A DNA stretch of 64,000 bases from assembly GCA_943367815.1 (NCBI GenBank), contig CALRKA020000011.1:633-64632 (forward strand), read 5' to 3'. Source of the stretch: Tabrizicola sp. YIM 78059 (GTDB taxonomy: Bacteria; Cyanobacteriota; Cyanobacteriia; PCC-6307; Cyanobiaceae). The notes under the pieces are model-generated. The model had not been told where the DNA came from and did no database searches. It saw only the letters and a list, made by a program, of their open reading frames with translations. The position numbers and the translations under genes are program-made. This document shows positions 28,636-38,553 of this stretch, piece by piece (within the stretch, counting starts at the first letter, position 1; every line of letters begins with the position of its first letter).

Positions 28636-28724
28636 AACCTCCCGCCCACCAGGCCAGGACCCCGCCAGCCGGCCACGCCGGGGGAGGGGCGGCGATAAAC
28701 TATGTAAACATTTGTTGCGCGTCC

Positions 28725-29006
28725 ATGGCGGCTCCGACTCCCAGCTCCTCCGACCTGGCGCGCTACCTGGAGGCCCGCGGCGAGATGGGCAAGCCCTGGG
28801 TGTGGCACCTGCTGCGGCTCAGCAAGCTCAAGGAGGCCAAGGACACCATGGAGCCCAACGAATACGTCGAGCGGCTCGGCGAGGCCCACGCCGACCTGAT
28901 GCGGCTGGGCGAGTTCTGGAAGGGGCGGGAGGCGGAGGTCTTCGGAGGCCGCTACCAGCCCGCCCAGGTCATCGAGCCCCTGCCCGGATCCCCCGAGGAC
29001 CGATGA
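28725..29006 (+). CDS. conserved hypothetical protein
   Basis: Coding-like 93 aa ORF; ATGA-coupled to the next gene. Confidence 0.75.
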   Translation: MAAPTPSSSDLARYLEARGEMGKPWVWHLLRLSKLKEAKDTMEPNEYVERLGEAHADLMRLGEFWKGREAEVFGGRYQPAQVIEPLPGSPEDR

Positions 29007-29551
29007 GCCCCACCCCGACGGCCCAGCGCTATCCGATGGCGCCGCTGATCCGGTTCACCCTGCTGGCCCTCTACCTGGCCCTGGTCCTGCCCCTGCCGGT
29101 GCTGGCGCCCGATGCCCTGCGGCTGCCCCTGCTGCTGGCCGCCATCGCCGGCCTGCTGCTGGTGGTCGCCATCACCAGCGAGCGGGTGGAGCTCGACGAG
29201 CGGGAGCTGCGGGTGGGCCATCCCCCCTGGTGCTCCTGGCTGCTGCGTCGCGGCTGGCAGCTGCCCTGGGATCGCATCACCGCCCTCACCCCGGTCACCA
29301 CCAGCCAGGGGGGCAGGGTCTACTACGTGCGCAGTGCCGGCGAGCAGGGGGATCGCAGCGGCGCCGCCTGGCTGCTGCCCCAGCGGGTGGCCCGCTTCGA
29401 GGACTTTCTGGAGCGCTTCAGCGCCGCCACCGGCATCGCCACCGGGGGCATCGGCCGGATCAGCCCGCCCTGGACCTACCGGCTGCTGGCCCTGCTCTGC
29501 GGCCTCCTGCTGGCGGGGGAAGCCGTGGCCCTGATCCTGCGGCCCGCCTGA
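29003..29551 (+). CDS. hypothetical membrane protein (PH-like domain between TM helices)
   Basis: ATG at 29003 overlapping the previous stop; TM segments; W..I..L..V.TSQGGRVYY. Confidence 0.75.
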   Translation: MSPTPTAQRYPMAPLIRFTLLALYLALVLPLPVLAPDALRLPLLLAAIAGLLLVVAITSERVELDERELRVGHPPWCSWLLRRGWQLPWDRITALTPVTTSQGGRVYYVRSAGEQGDRSGAAWLLPQRVARFEDFLERFSAATGIATGGIGRISPPWTYRLLALLCGLLLAGEAVALILRPA

Positions 29552-29581
29552 TCAGGTCCTACCTACCTGTCGGACCAGGGC

Positions 29582-30373
29582 CTAGTTGAGACGGGAGGAG
29601 CTGCCGGGGGAGGTGACCAGCAGACCGGAGCCGGGGGCGCCGGCGGCCTCCTCGCTCAGCTCCGGCAAGGTATCGAGGCTGAAGCGATAGCCCTGCTGCC
29701 GCATCGTTTCGATGGCGCCGCCCTCCCCGAGGCCAGCCTGTTCGAGCTTGCGGCGCAGGGTGAGCACCTGGGTGTCGACCGAACGGGGGCCACCACTGAA
29801 GGGGGGCCAGGCCATGCGCAGCAGTTCCTGGCGGCTGCGCACCACCCCCGGGGGCATCAGCAGGGCGCAGAGCAGGGCGAATTCCCGCGGGCTGAGCTCC
29901 ACCGGCTGGTCCCGCAGGGTGACCTGGCGCAGCAGCAGGTGCACTTCGAGGGGGCCCACACAGACCCGTTCCTGGAGGCCGCTGCCGCTGCGGCGCAGCA
30001 GGGTGCGGCAGCGGGCCGCCAGCTCTTCAAGCCCGAAGGGCTTGCGCAGCACGTCGTCGGCGCCGGCATCGAGCAGGGCCACCACGGGCTCCGAGCCGGA
30101 GCGGGCCGTGAGCACCATCACCTGGCAGTGCAGCTGGGCGGCGAGGCGCAGGGCCGAGGTCTCCTCAAGCAGCTCGGCGCTCACCAGCAGATCGGGGGAT
30201 TGCTCCTGGCAGATCTCCAGGGCTTCGCGGGCGGTGGCGACGGCGGCGGCCAGGTGCCCGTCCTGACGCAGACGCTGGGCGAGAACGGTGCGGAGGGTCG
30301 CGTGGGGATCCACGACGAGAACTCTCCGAGGGGTTCCTCCTGGATCAGTCAGCTTGTCCTGGGCCACGGGCAT
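29582..30373 (-). CDS. OmpR-family response regulator (atypical receiver)
   Basis: GADDVLRKPF, LSPREFALL, RSVDTQVLTLRRKL winged helix; PDLLVSAE lacks the canonical Asp. Confidence 0.88.
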   Translation of the reverse strand: MPVAQDKLTDPGGTPRRVLVVDPHATLRTVLAQRLRQDGHLAAAVATAREALEICQEQSPDLLVSAELLEETSALRLAAQLHCQVMVLTARSGSEPVVALLDAGADDVLRKPFGLEELAARCRTLLRRSGSGLQERVCVGPLEVHLLLRQVTLRDQPVELSPREFALLCALLMPPGVVRSRQELLRMAWPPFSGGPRSVDTQVLTLRRKLEQAGLGEGGAIETMRQQGYRFSLDTLPELSEEAAGAPGSGLLVTSPGSSSRLN

Positions 30374-30576
30374 CTCCTCGGCATCACGATGAAATCAGAA
30401 GCGGAAGTGCCGACAGCCGATTGAGTGTGTCAACGCTAACTGGAAATGTGCGGAGACGCCGGTGACGGGCGATGCCTTGTCAACTGTCCGCTCCCGGAGG
30501 ACGGTCCCGGCACGGCAGGATGGTCCCATCTGCCGGCCTTCGCCGCCACAATGACGCCAGGGGCCCGACCCCAGCC

Positions 30577-30843
30577 ATGACAGCACTCCAACACCCCGAC
30601 GCGATCCGCCACTTCCAGTCCCTGTGTGATGCCTGTCAGGCCCTGTCCGACCGTCACCACGGACCCTCCGAGCTGCGCCTGTACGCGGACGGCTACCTGC
30701 ATGCCCTGCGTCGCACGGCCGTGCTCGACCACCATTCCCAGCGTCGGCTGGAGGAGCTGATCGACCGCTGGATCCAGGACCCGTCCAGCTTCCTGGGGCC
30801 CGACGGCCAGCCCAGGGTGCTGATGGAGCGGAGCCGCTACTGA
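30577..30843 (+). CDS. conserved cyanobacterial protein (DUF6761-like)
   Basis: LQHPDAIRHFQSLCDA, ELRLYADGYLHAL. Confidence 0.75.
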   Translation: MTALQHPDAIRHFQSLCDACQALSDRHHGPSELRLYADGYLHALRRTAVLDHHSQRRLEELIDRWIQDPSSFLGPDGQPRVLMERSRY

Positions 30844-30890
30844 GCGGCCACGGACAACCGGGCCGCCATCAGGCCGGTGGGAACGGGGCC

Positions 30891-31214
30891 TCAGGAGGCC
30901 AGGGCCACTTCCAGCTTCTCGCGCAGCTCGCCGCTGTTGTACATCTCGATCAGGATGTCCGAGCCGCCCAGGAACTCCCCTTTCACATACACCTGGGGGA
31001 TGGTGGGCCAGTCGGAGAACTCCTTGATCCCCTGGCGGATCTCCATGTCGGAAAGGACGTCGAACGTCTCGAAAGGCACACCCAGCGACTGCAGGATCTG
31101 GACGACGTTGTTAGAGAACCCACATTGAGGCATCAATTTATTGCCCTTCATGAAGACCACCACCGGGCTGGCGCTGATCAGGGCGTCGATGCGTTGACGG
31201 GTGCTGGCATCCAT
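30891..31214 (-). CDS. grxD: monothiol glutaredoxin Grx4
   Basis: FMKG...PQCGFS, WPTIPQVY, GGSD. Confidence 0.95.
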   Translation of the reverse strand: MDASTRQRIDALISASPVVVFMKGNKLMPQCGFSNNVVQILQSLGVPFETFDVLSDMEIRQGIKEFSDWPTIPQVYVKGEFLGGSDILIEMYNSGELREKLEVALAS

Positions 31215-31237
31215 GGTCGGAATCGTGAGGGGGAACA

Positions 31238-31471
31238 TCAGGAGGGAAGGGAGGTCTGCAGCGCCAGGGCATGGATCGCCTCGCTGGCCAGCTCGCTGCG
31301 CAGGGCGCCGTAAACGAGCTGGTGCTGGCGCACCCGGTTGAGGCCCGCGAAGGCACCGGACACCACCCTCACCTGCAGGTGATCGCCACCCCCGGTGAGA
31401 TCCTCCACCTCGACGGCGGCATCGGGGAGCGCGCGCAGGATCGCGTCCTTGACCTGCTCCGGTTGCACCAT
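31238..31471 (-). CDS. bolA: BolA family protein
   Basis: [24 protein letters not shown]; adjacent to grxD. Confidence 0.93.
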   Translation of the reverse strand: MVQPEQVKDAILRALPDAAVEVEDLTGGGDHLQVRVVSGAFAGLNRVRQHQLVYGALRSELASEAIHALALQTSLPS

Positions 31472-31518
31472 GGCGGCGGGGATTGGGGAGATGACGGAAG
31501 GCTGGAATCTAAGGACGA

Positions 31519-32094
31519 TCACCCACCGGCGGTCGATCCCGGGGCGGTGTAGGGGGTGATCACGAAACCCAGCTCCACCAGCTGCTGGTAGGCCTTGCGC
31601 CCGCCCTCGTTGGTGGGGGTCATGATCTTCACCACCTCCACCAGCAGGGGGATCGCCACCTCGGGCTGGTTCTGGCGGCGGAACAGGGCCGCCAGCCGCA
31701 GGTTGGACTCGGCCAGCAGCGTCAGGGCCTCCCGTCCCTTGTCATCCATCTCGCGGGGGATGCGGGCGTCGAGACCGCGGAAGGAGCCGCTCAGGTCGCG
31801 ATAGAAGCCGAGCAGGCGGCGGCTGGCATCGCGGGCCAGGTCATAGAGGCGCCGACCCTCGGCCAGGTTGCCGCTGGCGACGGCCGCGTCACCCCTGGCC
31901 AGGAGGGTCTTGACCGAGGAGAGGTTGAGATCGGTGCCGGCGGGCTGGACCGTCTGGGGGGTGGCCTGGGCCCGGGCCGGCGGCTGCAGAAGCGGCTGGG
32001 CCAGGGCCAGCAGGGCCAGGCAGCTGCCGCAGACCCCGGCCAGGCCCGATGGCCGGGCGGATCGAAGGGAAGAAACGGCGGAAGGCCTGATCAC
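31519..32094 (-). CDS. conserved secreted helical (TPR-like) hypothetical protein
   Basis: Signal peptide ending ARA/Q; helical C-terminus; start inferred at GTG 32094. Confidence 0.7.
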   Translation of the reverse strand: MIRPSAVSSLRSARPSGLAGVCGSCLALLALAQPLLQPPARAQATPQTVQPAGTDLNLSSVKTLLARGDAAVASGNLAEGRRLYDLARDASRRLLGFYRDLSGSFRGLDARIPREMDDKGREALTLLAESNLRLAALFRRQNQPEVAIPLLVEVVKIMTPTNEGGRKAYQQLVELGFVITPYTAPGSTAGG

Positions 32095-32123
32095 GTCGAC
32101 GCCTGACGGGTAACGGCCGAACT

Positions 32124-32855
32124 TTACGGGGAGCCGATCGGGCGACCCACCACGGCGCGGGCCGCTTGCTCGGCCGACTCCATGGCGGCGGCGAGTTCGG
32201 CACTGAAGTCCAGGGCCGCCTGGCGACCCTGACCCTCCGCCCGCAGGGGGCGGCCGAAGCAGACGGCGGCCCGATCGCCGGGGCGGGGATCGGCGTGGCC
32301 GTAGGCGATGCCGACCGGCACCACCGGCACGTCCACCCCCTGGCTGGTGGCCAGCAGGGCCAGACGGGACAGCCCCTGGTGCAGGCGGATCGGCCCGTCC
32401 TCGCGCCGGATGCGGCCCTCGGGAAACACCACCAGTTGCTGACCGCAGGCCAGCAGCTCCACGGAGAACCGCAGGCTGGCCAGGGTGGGGCGCCCCTGGT
32501 TCACAGGGAAACAGCCGAGACGGTGAAGGAACCATCCCTGCAGACCCTTCATCTCATCGGCCGTGACCATGAAGCGGCAGTCCCGGCCCGTGATCCGGCG
32601 GCCGGCCGCCCAGGGGAGCATGAGCGCGTCCCAGCGGGCCCGGTGGGTGGGGGCCAGCAGTACCGCCCCGTCGCGGGGCAGGTGCTCGCGATCGAGCACC
32701 GTCAGCTCACTGAAATAGCCCTGGAGCACCAGATCGATGGTGACCACCATCGCCACGGGGGACAGCCAGGGGCTGATGCCGTTGCAGAGGGAACGCTCCC
32801 GCCGGCTGATCACCGGGGAAAGGCCTGGTCCGGAGGGCGTCTGCGCCGCCAACAC
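32124..32855 (-). CDS. 1-acyl-sn-glycerol-3-phosphate / lysophospholipid acyltransferase
   Basis: HxxxxD (THRARWD), [12 protein letters not shown]. Confidence 0.88.
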   Translation of the reverse strand: MLAAQTPSGPGLSPVISRRERSLCNGISPWLSPVAMVVTIDLVLQGYFSELTVLDREHLPRDGAVLLAPTHRARWDALMLPWAAGRRITGRDCRFMVTADEMKGLQGWFLHRLGCFPVNQGRPTLASLRFSVELLACGQQLVVFPEGRIRREDGPIRLHQGLSRLALLATSQGVDVPVVPVGIAYGHADPRPGDRAAVCFGRPLRAEGQGRQAALDFSAELAAAMESAEQAARAVVGRPIGSP

Positions 32856-32995
32856 TCTCGATCCGGCAGAACGTCGATGTCGAAACTAGGGGCTGGATCC
32901 CCCCCTTGAAGGCCGGCGGCGGGCAGTTGGGCCTGCGGCCGCTTCCCCGGCGACCGATACGGTGCGATCAGGATCGCTTCAGCCACCCGCCGCCC

Positions 32996-33745
32996 ATGGC
33001 CAGCCTCGGGGTCAACATCGACCACATCGCCAACGTGCGGCAGGCCCGCCGCACCGTGGAGCCCGATCCGGTGCGCTGCGCCCTGCTGGCTGAGCTGGGC
33101 GGCGCCGACGGCATCACCGTGCACCTGCGGGAGGATCGGCGCCACATCCAGGACCGGGATGTGGAGCTGCTGCGGGCCACCGTCCGCACCCGGCTGAACC
33201 TCGAGATGGCCGCCACCGCAGAGATGGAGGCGATCGCCCTGCGGGTCCGGCCCGACATGGTGACCCTGGTGCCGGAACGCCGGGAGGAGGTGACCACCGA
33301 AGGGGGCCTGGACGTGGCCGGCCAGCGGGAGGGTCTCGCTGCGATGGTGGGCCGGCTGATGGCGGCAGACATCGGCGTCAGCCTGTTCGTCGACCCCGAC
33401 GACGCCCAGCTGGAGGCCTGCCGCCACTGCGGCGCCCGCTGGGTGGAACTGCACACCGGCGCCTATGCGGAGGCCGCCTGGGGGGCGCAGCCGTTCCAGC
33501 TGGCCAGGATCACCGAAGCCACCGCCATCGCCCGGGGCCTGGGCCTGCGGGTCAACGCCGGCCATGGACTCACGTATCACAACGTCGAACCGATTGCCGC
33601 GATCGAAGGGATGGAGGAACTGAACATCGGCCACACGATCGTGGCCCGCGCCCTGGTGGTCGGCCTGCAGGAGGCGGTGCGCCAGATGCGGGCGCTGGTG
33701 CAGAATCCCCGCCGCGACCCGCTGTTCGGCGACCGCCAGCCCTGA
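32996..33745 (+). CDS. pdxJ: pyridoxine 5'-phosphate synthase
   Basis: [39 protein letters not shown]. Confidence 0.96.
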   Translation: MASLGVNIDHIANVRQARRTVEPDPVRCALLAELGGADGITVHLREDRRHIQDRDVELLRATVRTRLNLEMAATAEMEAIALRVRPDMVTLVPERREEVTTEGGLDVAGQREGLAAMVGRLMAADIGVSLFVDPDDAQLEACRHCGARWVELHTGAYAEAAWGAQPFQLARITEATAIARGLGLRVNAGHGLTYHNVEPIAAIEGMEELNIGHTIVARALVVGLQEAVRQMRALVQNPRRDPLFGDRQP

Positions 33746-33758
33746 GGCCCCTCCCGCC

Positions 33759-34079
33759 ATGACCCGCTACCACTTCGTCGCCGCCAGCCGCGCCTTCCTG
33801 CTCGAGGAGGAACCCCTGGAGGAGGTGCTGCGCGAGCGCAGGCGCAACTACGCCGAAAAGGACAAGGCGATCGACTTCTGGCTCCTGGAGCGCCCCGCCT
33901 TCCTGGAGGCCCCCGAGCTGGCCTCCGCCCTGGCCGCCGTGCCGAGGCCGGCGGCGGCGGTGGTGTCCACCGATGAGAAGTTCATCACCTTCATGAAGCT
34001 GCGCCTGGAATTCGTGGCCGTGGGCAGCTTCGAGGCCCCCAGCGCCACGATTCCCGATCCGCTGGCCACCCTCAGCTGA
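33759..34079 (+). CDS. ycf54: Ycf54 MgPME-cyclase complex protein
   Basis: YHFVAAS..FL..EEPLEEVLRER, DFWL...PAFL, WLKLR-like FMKLRLEFV. Confidence 0.92.
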   Translation: MTRYHFVAASRAFLLEEEPLEEVLRERRRNYAEKDKAIDFWLLERPAFLEAPELASALAAVPRPAAAVVSTDEKFITFMKLRLEFVAVGSFEAPSATIPDPLATLS

Positions 34080-34118
34080 CCCTGGGGCGGCGGCGGGGAT
34101 GGACGGAGGCCCGGCCGC

Positions 34119-34466
34119 TCAGAACAGGCCCAGGAAGCGGCGCCGGGGCGGATCGTCCTGGTCCGATGCGGCGGGGCGGGGTTTGCCCTGGCCGCCGTCC
34201 TGCTGGTAGCGCGGCTTGCTGTCGCCGATGGTCAGGGGGGCTTCCTTGTTCTTCCACCAGATCCAGTCCCGGATCGGTGGCGTGTTCTGCAGTTCCCAGC
34301 GGGTGAGCCCCAGCCCCAGCCGGGAGGACGCATCGAGGAGCACGTCCAGCATCTGCTCGCCGTCACTGCAGCGGGCCAGGGCTTCGTTGGTGCGGCGGGC
34401 CCCGTCGAGGGCCTTCACCAGGGCATTGACCCGCTGCGTGACCGGCAGATCCTTCAGGTCCATCAC
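34119..34466 (-). CDS. conserved hypothetical protein (weakly Nif11-leader-like)
   Basis: Coding-like ORF ending in TPPIRDWIWWK segment. Confidence 0.7.
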   Translation of the reverse strand: MMDLKDLPVTQRVNALVKALDGARRTNEALARCSDGEQMLDVLLDASSRLGLGLTRWELQNTPPIRDWIWWKNKEAPLTIGDSKPRYQQDGGQGKPRPAASDQDDPPRRRFLGLF

Positions 34467-34571
34467 CCGTTACCTCCGTGGGCGCACCGTATCAGCGCTG
34501 GCGGTCCGCCGACGCCGGCGGGGGTGACAGAAGCCCACTCCAGAGGCAACACTTGAGAGGAAGCTTCCTTC

Positions 34572-35261
34572 TTGATGACGTTCCCGGACCGACGTCCACC
34601 CCATCACCGTCCACCCCGCCACTGGGTCATCGGTGATGTGCATGGATGCGCGGACGCTCTGCAACGCCTTCTCGTCCAGTTGCCGCCCGGCGATCGCCTC
34701 GTGTTCTGCGGCGATGTGATCAACCGCGGCTCCCGCATCGAGGAGGCCATGGAACTGGTCTGGGATCTGGTGCGTCGCCAGCGGGCGGTGTGGCTCAAGG
34801 GCAACCATGAGCGCGACCTCGTGCTTCAGCTCGACACAGGCCTGGCGCCCGGCCGTCCCGACCTGAACGGCAACGACACCTACCGCCAGCTGGGGGCGGC
34901 CCGCTGCCGCCTCTGGCGCGACCGCCTCGACCAGCTGCCCCTCGCCTACTGGGGTCAGGGCTGGGTGGCCACCCATGCCGGCTTCGATCCCCGCACCTGG
35001 CAGCCCGACCTCAACGTGAGGCTGGCCTTCTGGCAGGCCTACGACAACCGTTTCGGCGAGGTGATCGTCGGCCACACCCCCGGGCCCGGCCTGCGGCGGC
35101 TGGGCTCGATCGTCCTGCTCGACACCGGCGCCTGCTACGGCGGCGACCTCACCGCCTACTGCCCCGAAACGCGAGAGACGCGCCAGGTCAGCGGCCGGGC
35201 AGGGGCGGGCAGCCCGATGGCGGCCCCATCCCCCGGCGCGGCGATGAGCCCCGCCCTCTGA
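34572..35261 (+). CDS. metallophosphoesterase (PPP/ApaH-like)
   Basis: IGDVHG, GDVINRG, GNHE, THAG, GHT, DTG. Confidence 0.9.
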   Translation: MMTFPDRRPPHHRPPRHWVIGDVHGCADALQRLLVQLPPGDRLVFCGDVINRGSRIEEAMELVWDLVRRQRAVWLKGNHERDLVLQLDTGLAPGRPDLNGNDTYRQLGAARCRLWRDRLDQLPLAYWGQGWVATHAGFDPRTWQPDLNVRLAFWQAYDNRFGEVIVGHTPGPGLRRLGSIVLLDTGACYGGDLTAYCPETRETRQVSGRAGAGSPMAAPSPGAAMSPAL

Positions 35262-35271
35262 GCCCACCCCT

Positions 35272-38200
35272 TTGCTGACGGTCTTTCGCAGCAACCGGGC
35301 CGAGTTTCTGGCCCGCCTGCTGGCCACCCAGCTCCGTCTCCACCCGCCCGACCCGTTCGAGCAGGTCCAGGTGGTGGTGAACACCTGGCCCACCAGCCGC
35401 TGGCTCGGCGAGCAGCTGGCCGAGCACCTCGGCGGCATCGCCGCCAACCTGCGCTTTCCCTTCCCGGGCAGCCACCTGCGCCAGCTGGTCGACCAGCTGC
35501 TGGCCCCGGCCGGGGAGGCTCCCCCGGCCGGGGCCGTCGATCCCTGGCGTGCCGACCGGCTCGTCTGGCCCCTGCTGGGCCTGCTGCCGGCGGTCGCCGC
35601 TGAGCCGGAAGGGGCGCCGCTGCGCCGCTGGCTCGCGGAGAGAGGGGCGGGAACGATGCTGGAACTGGGCCACTGGCAGCTGGGGCGGGCGATCGCCGAT
35701 GCCTTCGACGACTACGCCCTCTACCGGCCCGAGCTGCTGCGGGCCTGGGAGAGCGGCCAGGCGACCGATGGCCACGGCCGGCCGCTGCCCGACAGCCAGT
35801 GCTGGCAGCCCCTGCTCTACCGCGCCCTGCAGGCGGAGCTGGGCGCCGAACCGTTCGGACGCCGGGTGCAGGAGCTGATCGCACGGCTACGCCGCGGAAG
35901 CCCTTGCCCCGAAGCGGGCGGCGCCCCCCTGCGGCTCTTCGGCCTGAGCAGCATGGCGCCGATCCAGGTGCAGCTCCTGCAGGCCCTCAGCCTGCACCGG
36001 CCGGTGGACCTCTACCTGCTGACGCCGTGCCGCGATCTCTGGCAGCGCTGCGGAGAGCGCCGCCGGGAGCTCAGCGACGCCCTGGCCCTGCACCAACCGC
36101 TCGACGCCGCCTGGCTGCTGGAGGCCCCGGGGCTGGAGGCCCGCTTCGGCCGCCTGGGCGGAGAGTTCCAGCAGCTGCTGGAGGGCACCGGCGAGGCCCA
36201 GCTGGGGGAGGAACAGGAGCGGGACCTGTTCTTCGCGCCCGCCGCCGGCAGCGCCCGGCCCCCCCTGCTGGCCCAGCTCCAGGAGCAGCTGGCCGACGCG
36301 GACCGGATCCCGTCCCTGGCCTTGGATCCAAAGGACCACTCGCTGGAGTTCCACGCCTGTCCCGGCCGACTGCGCCAGGTGCAGATCGTGCGCGACCGCC
36401 TGCTGCAGCTCCTGGCGGCCGACCCCGGCCTCGAACCGCGGGACATCCTGGTGATGACCCCCGACATCGACGGATTCGCCCCGCTGGTGGCCTCGGTGTT
36501 CGGCGATGCCCACGCCACGGACGTGGAACTCCCCTGGCGCCTGACCGACCGCAGCCAGCAGGACGGGGCGGGAATGGGCAGCACCCTGCTGCTGCTCCTG
36601 GAGCTGGCCGGCACCCGGCTGACCGCCACCGGCCTGGAGACCCTGCTGGGCTGCCGGCCCCTGCTGGAGCGGTTCGGCCTCGAGCTGGCCGAGGCGACCC
36701 GCCTGGTGGAGGCGCTGCAGGAGGCGGGCTTCCGCTGGGGCCTGGACGGCCAGGAGAAGGAGCCGCCCTGCCACAGCCTGGCCTGGACGATCGACCGGCT
36801 GCTGCTCGGCCTGGTGCTGCCCGCCGACGCGGGCCTGGCGCCCGGGGAGACCGCCCCCTGGCAGGCGGGGGTGCCGCTGGAGCTGGCCGGCCGCTGGCTG
36901 CACCTGCTGGGGCGGCTGCGCCACTGGCTGGCGGAGCTGCGCCGGGGCGGCACGGTCAGCGTCTGGGCGGAGCGGCTGCGGCGGCTGATCGATGACCTCT
37001 TCGGGGACACGGACGACGACGCCGGCGAGCGGCCCGAGCTGATGGGGGCCATCGACGGCTGGCAGACGGCCGCAGGCCCCTGCGCCCTGTCCCTGGAAGC
37101 CCCGGTGGTGGCGGCCGCGCTGCGGGAGCTGCTCGGGGCCGAGAGCGGCCGCTTCGGTCACCGCAGCGGCGCCCTCACCATCAGCGCCCTGGAACCGATG
37201 CGGGCCATCCCCTACCGGGTGATCGTGCTGATGGGACTGGATGCGGGCCTGTTTCCCCGGCCCGGCGACCGACCCGCCTTCCATCTGATGGAGGGCCAGC
37301 GGCAGCTCGGCGATCCCCACCCCGCCGACCAGGACCGCTACGTGCTCATGGAGGCCCTGCTCTCCGCCCGGGACCACCTGCTGCTGAGCTGGAGCTGCCG
37401 CGACGACCGCACCGGCGCCGCCCTGCCCCCCTCCAGCCCGGTGGGCCAGTGGCTGCAATGGCTGGCCGGCCAGCTGGACCCGGAAGCCATCGGGCGGCTG
37501 CTGGTGGAGCATGCCGCCAACCCCCTCGACCGGCGCAACTTCCTGCCCGCAGGTGGGCGGGAGGCCCCCAGCTGCGACCGGCGGCTGCTGGAGGCGGTGC
37601 GCCGCCTGGCCGGCGATCGGCCGGCGCCGCCAGCGGCGCTGCTGGCCGGAGCGACCCCCCCGGAGGCTCCCCCCGCCGGCGAGGGCGACGCCTACACCGA
37701 CCTGCGGGACTGGCTGGTGGCACCCCAGAAGCACTGGCTGCGGTCCCTTGGCCTGCGGCCCGGCGAGTGGGAGAAGCGGGTCGACGACCTCGAGGCCCTG
37801 GCCCTGGACGAGAGGCAGCGCTCGTCCATGCTGCGGGGGACCCTTCAGCGCAGCGAAGGGGATCCTGGCGAGGCGGCCCCCGGGGAGGCCGCCGACTGGC
37901 TCGAGCGGCACCGGGGCCAGGGCCTGTTGCCGCCCGGGGCGGCGGGACCCCTGGAGGCGGAGCTCCTGCAGCGCCGCTGGACGGGCCTGGTGAACGCCCT
38001 GGAGGCCCTTGGCCCGCCCCGGCGCCCCGACCAGCGCTGGGGCCCCTGGCAGGCCGCCATCCCCTGGCGGGGCGACGCCGTCGTGCTGGCCCACACCGCC
38101 CAGGCCAGGGTCAGCCACCGGCTGGAGCTCTGGCTCCAGCTCCTGCTGGCCACCGCCGCCGGCCCCCCCCCGAGCCGGGGGGTGCTGATCGCCCGGGACG

Positions 38201-38553
38201 GCGATGGCTACGTACCGGTGCTGGAACTCATGGCACCGGAGCAGGAGGCGGCACGGGACGAACTGGAGCGTCTGGCCGGCCTGCAGCGGCAGTGGCGCAC
38301 CAGGGGATGGCCGGTGCCGCCGGAAACGGGCTGGAGCCACACGGCGGGCGAGCGCAAGCGCCCGGGCCAGGGACGGGCCAAGGCCGCCAGCACCTGGGAG
38401 GGTTCCGGCTTCCACGCCGGTGAACGGGATCGGGCCGAAATGGAGGCCTGCTTCGGCCCCGGCCTGCCGGCGGACGATCTGCTGACGCCGGAGGTCCTGG
38501 CCCTGGCCAGCGACCTCTTCTCCCCCCTGCTGGCGGCGGAGGTGGAGCGTTGA
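35272..38553 (+). CDS. recC: exodeoxyribonuclease V subunit gamma
   Basis: SNRAE.L, DILVMTPD, LEPMRAIP.RVI.LMG, D.DRY..EALLSAR. Confidence 0.93.
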   Translation: MLTVFRSNRAEFLARLLATQLRLHPPDPFEQVQVVVNTWPTSRWLGEQLAEHLGGIAANLRFPFPGSHLRQLVDQLLAPAGEAPPAGAVDPWRADRLVWPLLGLLPAVAAEPEGAPLRRWLAERGAGTMLELGHWQLGRAIADAFDDYALYRPELLRAWESGQATDGHGRPLPDSQCWQPLLYRALQAELGAEPFGRRVQELIARLRRGSPCPEAGGAPLRLFGLSSMAPIQVQLLQALSLHRPVDLYLLTPCRDLWQRCGERRRELSDALALHQPLDAAWLLEAPGLEARFGRLGGEFQQLLEGTGEAQLGEEQERDLFFAPAAGSARPPLLAQLQEQLADADRIPSLALDPKDHSLEFHACPGRLRQVQIVRDRLLQLLAADPGLEPRDILVMTPDIDGFAPLVASVFGDAHATDVELPWRLTDRSQQDGAGMGSTLLLLLELAGTRLTATGLETLLGCRPLLERFGLELAEATRLVEALQEAGFRWGLDGQEKEPPCHSLAWTIDRLLLGLVLPADAGLAPGETAPWQAGVPLELAGRWLHLLGRLRHWLAELRRGGTVSVWAERLRRLIDDLFGDTDDDAGERPELMGAIDGWQTAAGPCALSLEAPVVAAALRELLGAESGRFGHRSGALTISALEPMRAIPYRVIVLMGLDAGLFPRPGDRPAFHLMEGQRQLGDPHPADQDRYVLMEALLSARDHLLLSWSCRDDRTGAALPPSSPVGQWLQWLAGQLDPEAIGRLLVEHAANPLDRRNFLPAGGREAPSCDRRLLEAVRRLAGDRPAPPAALLAGATPPEAPPAGEGDAYTDLRDWLVAPQKHWLRSLGLRPGEWEKRVDDLEALALDERQRSSMLRGTLQRSEGDPGEAAPGEAADWLERHRGQGLLPPGAAGPLEAELLQRRWTGLVNALEALGPPRRPDQRWGPWQAAIPWRGDAVVLAHTAQARVSHRLELWLQLLLATAAGPPPSRGVLIARDGDGYVPVLELMAPEQEAARDELERLAGLQRQWRTRGWPVPPETGWSHTAGERKRPGQGRAKAASTWEGSGFHAGERDRAEMEACFGPGLPADDLLTPEVLALASDLFSPLLAAEVER

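Noticed and set aside
28696-28716. AT-rich ATGTAAACAT near-palindrome
   Set aside because: Does not match NtcA (GTA-N8-TAC) or LexA consensus; probably just a promoter -10 region.
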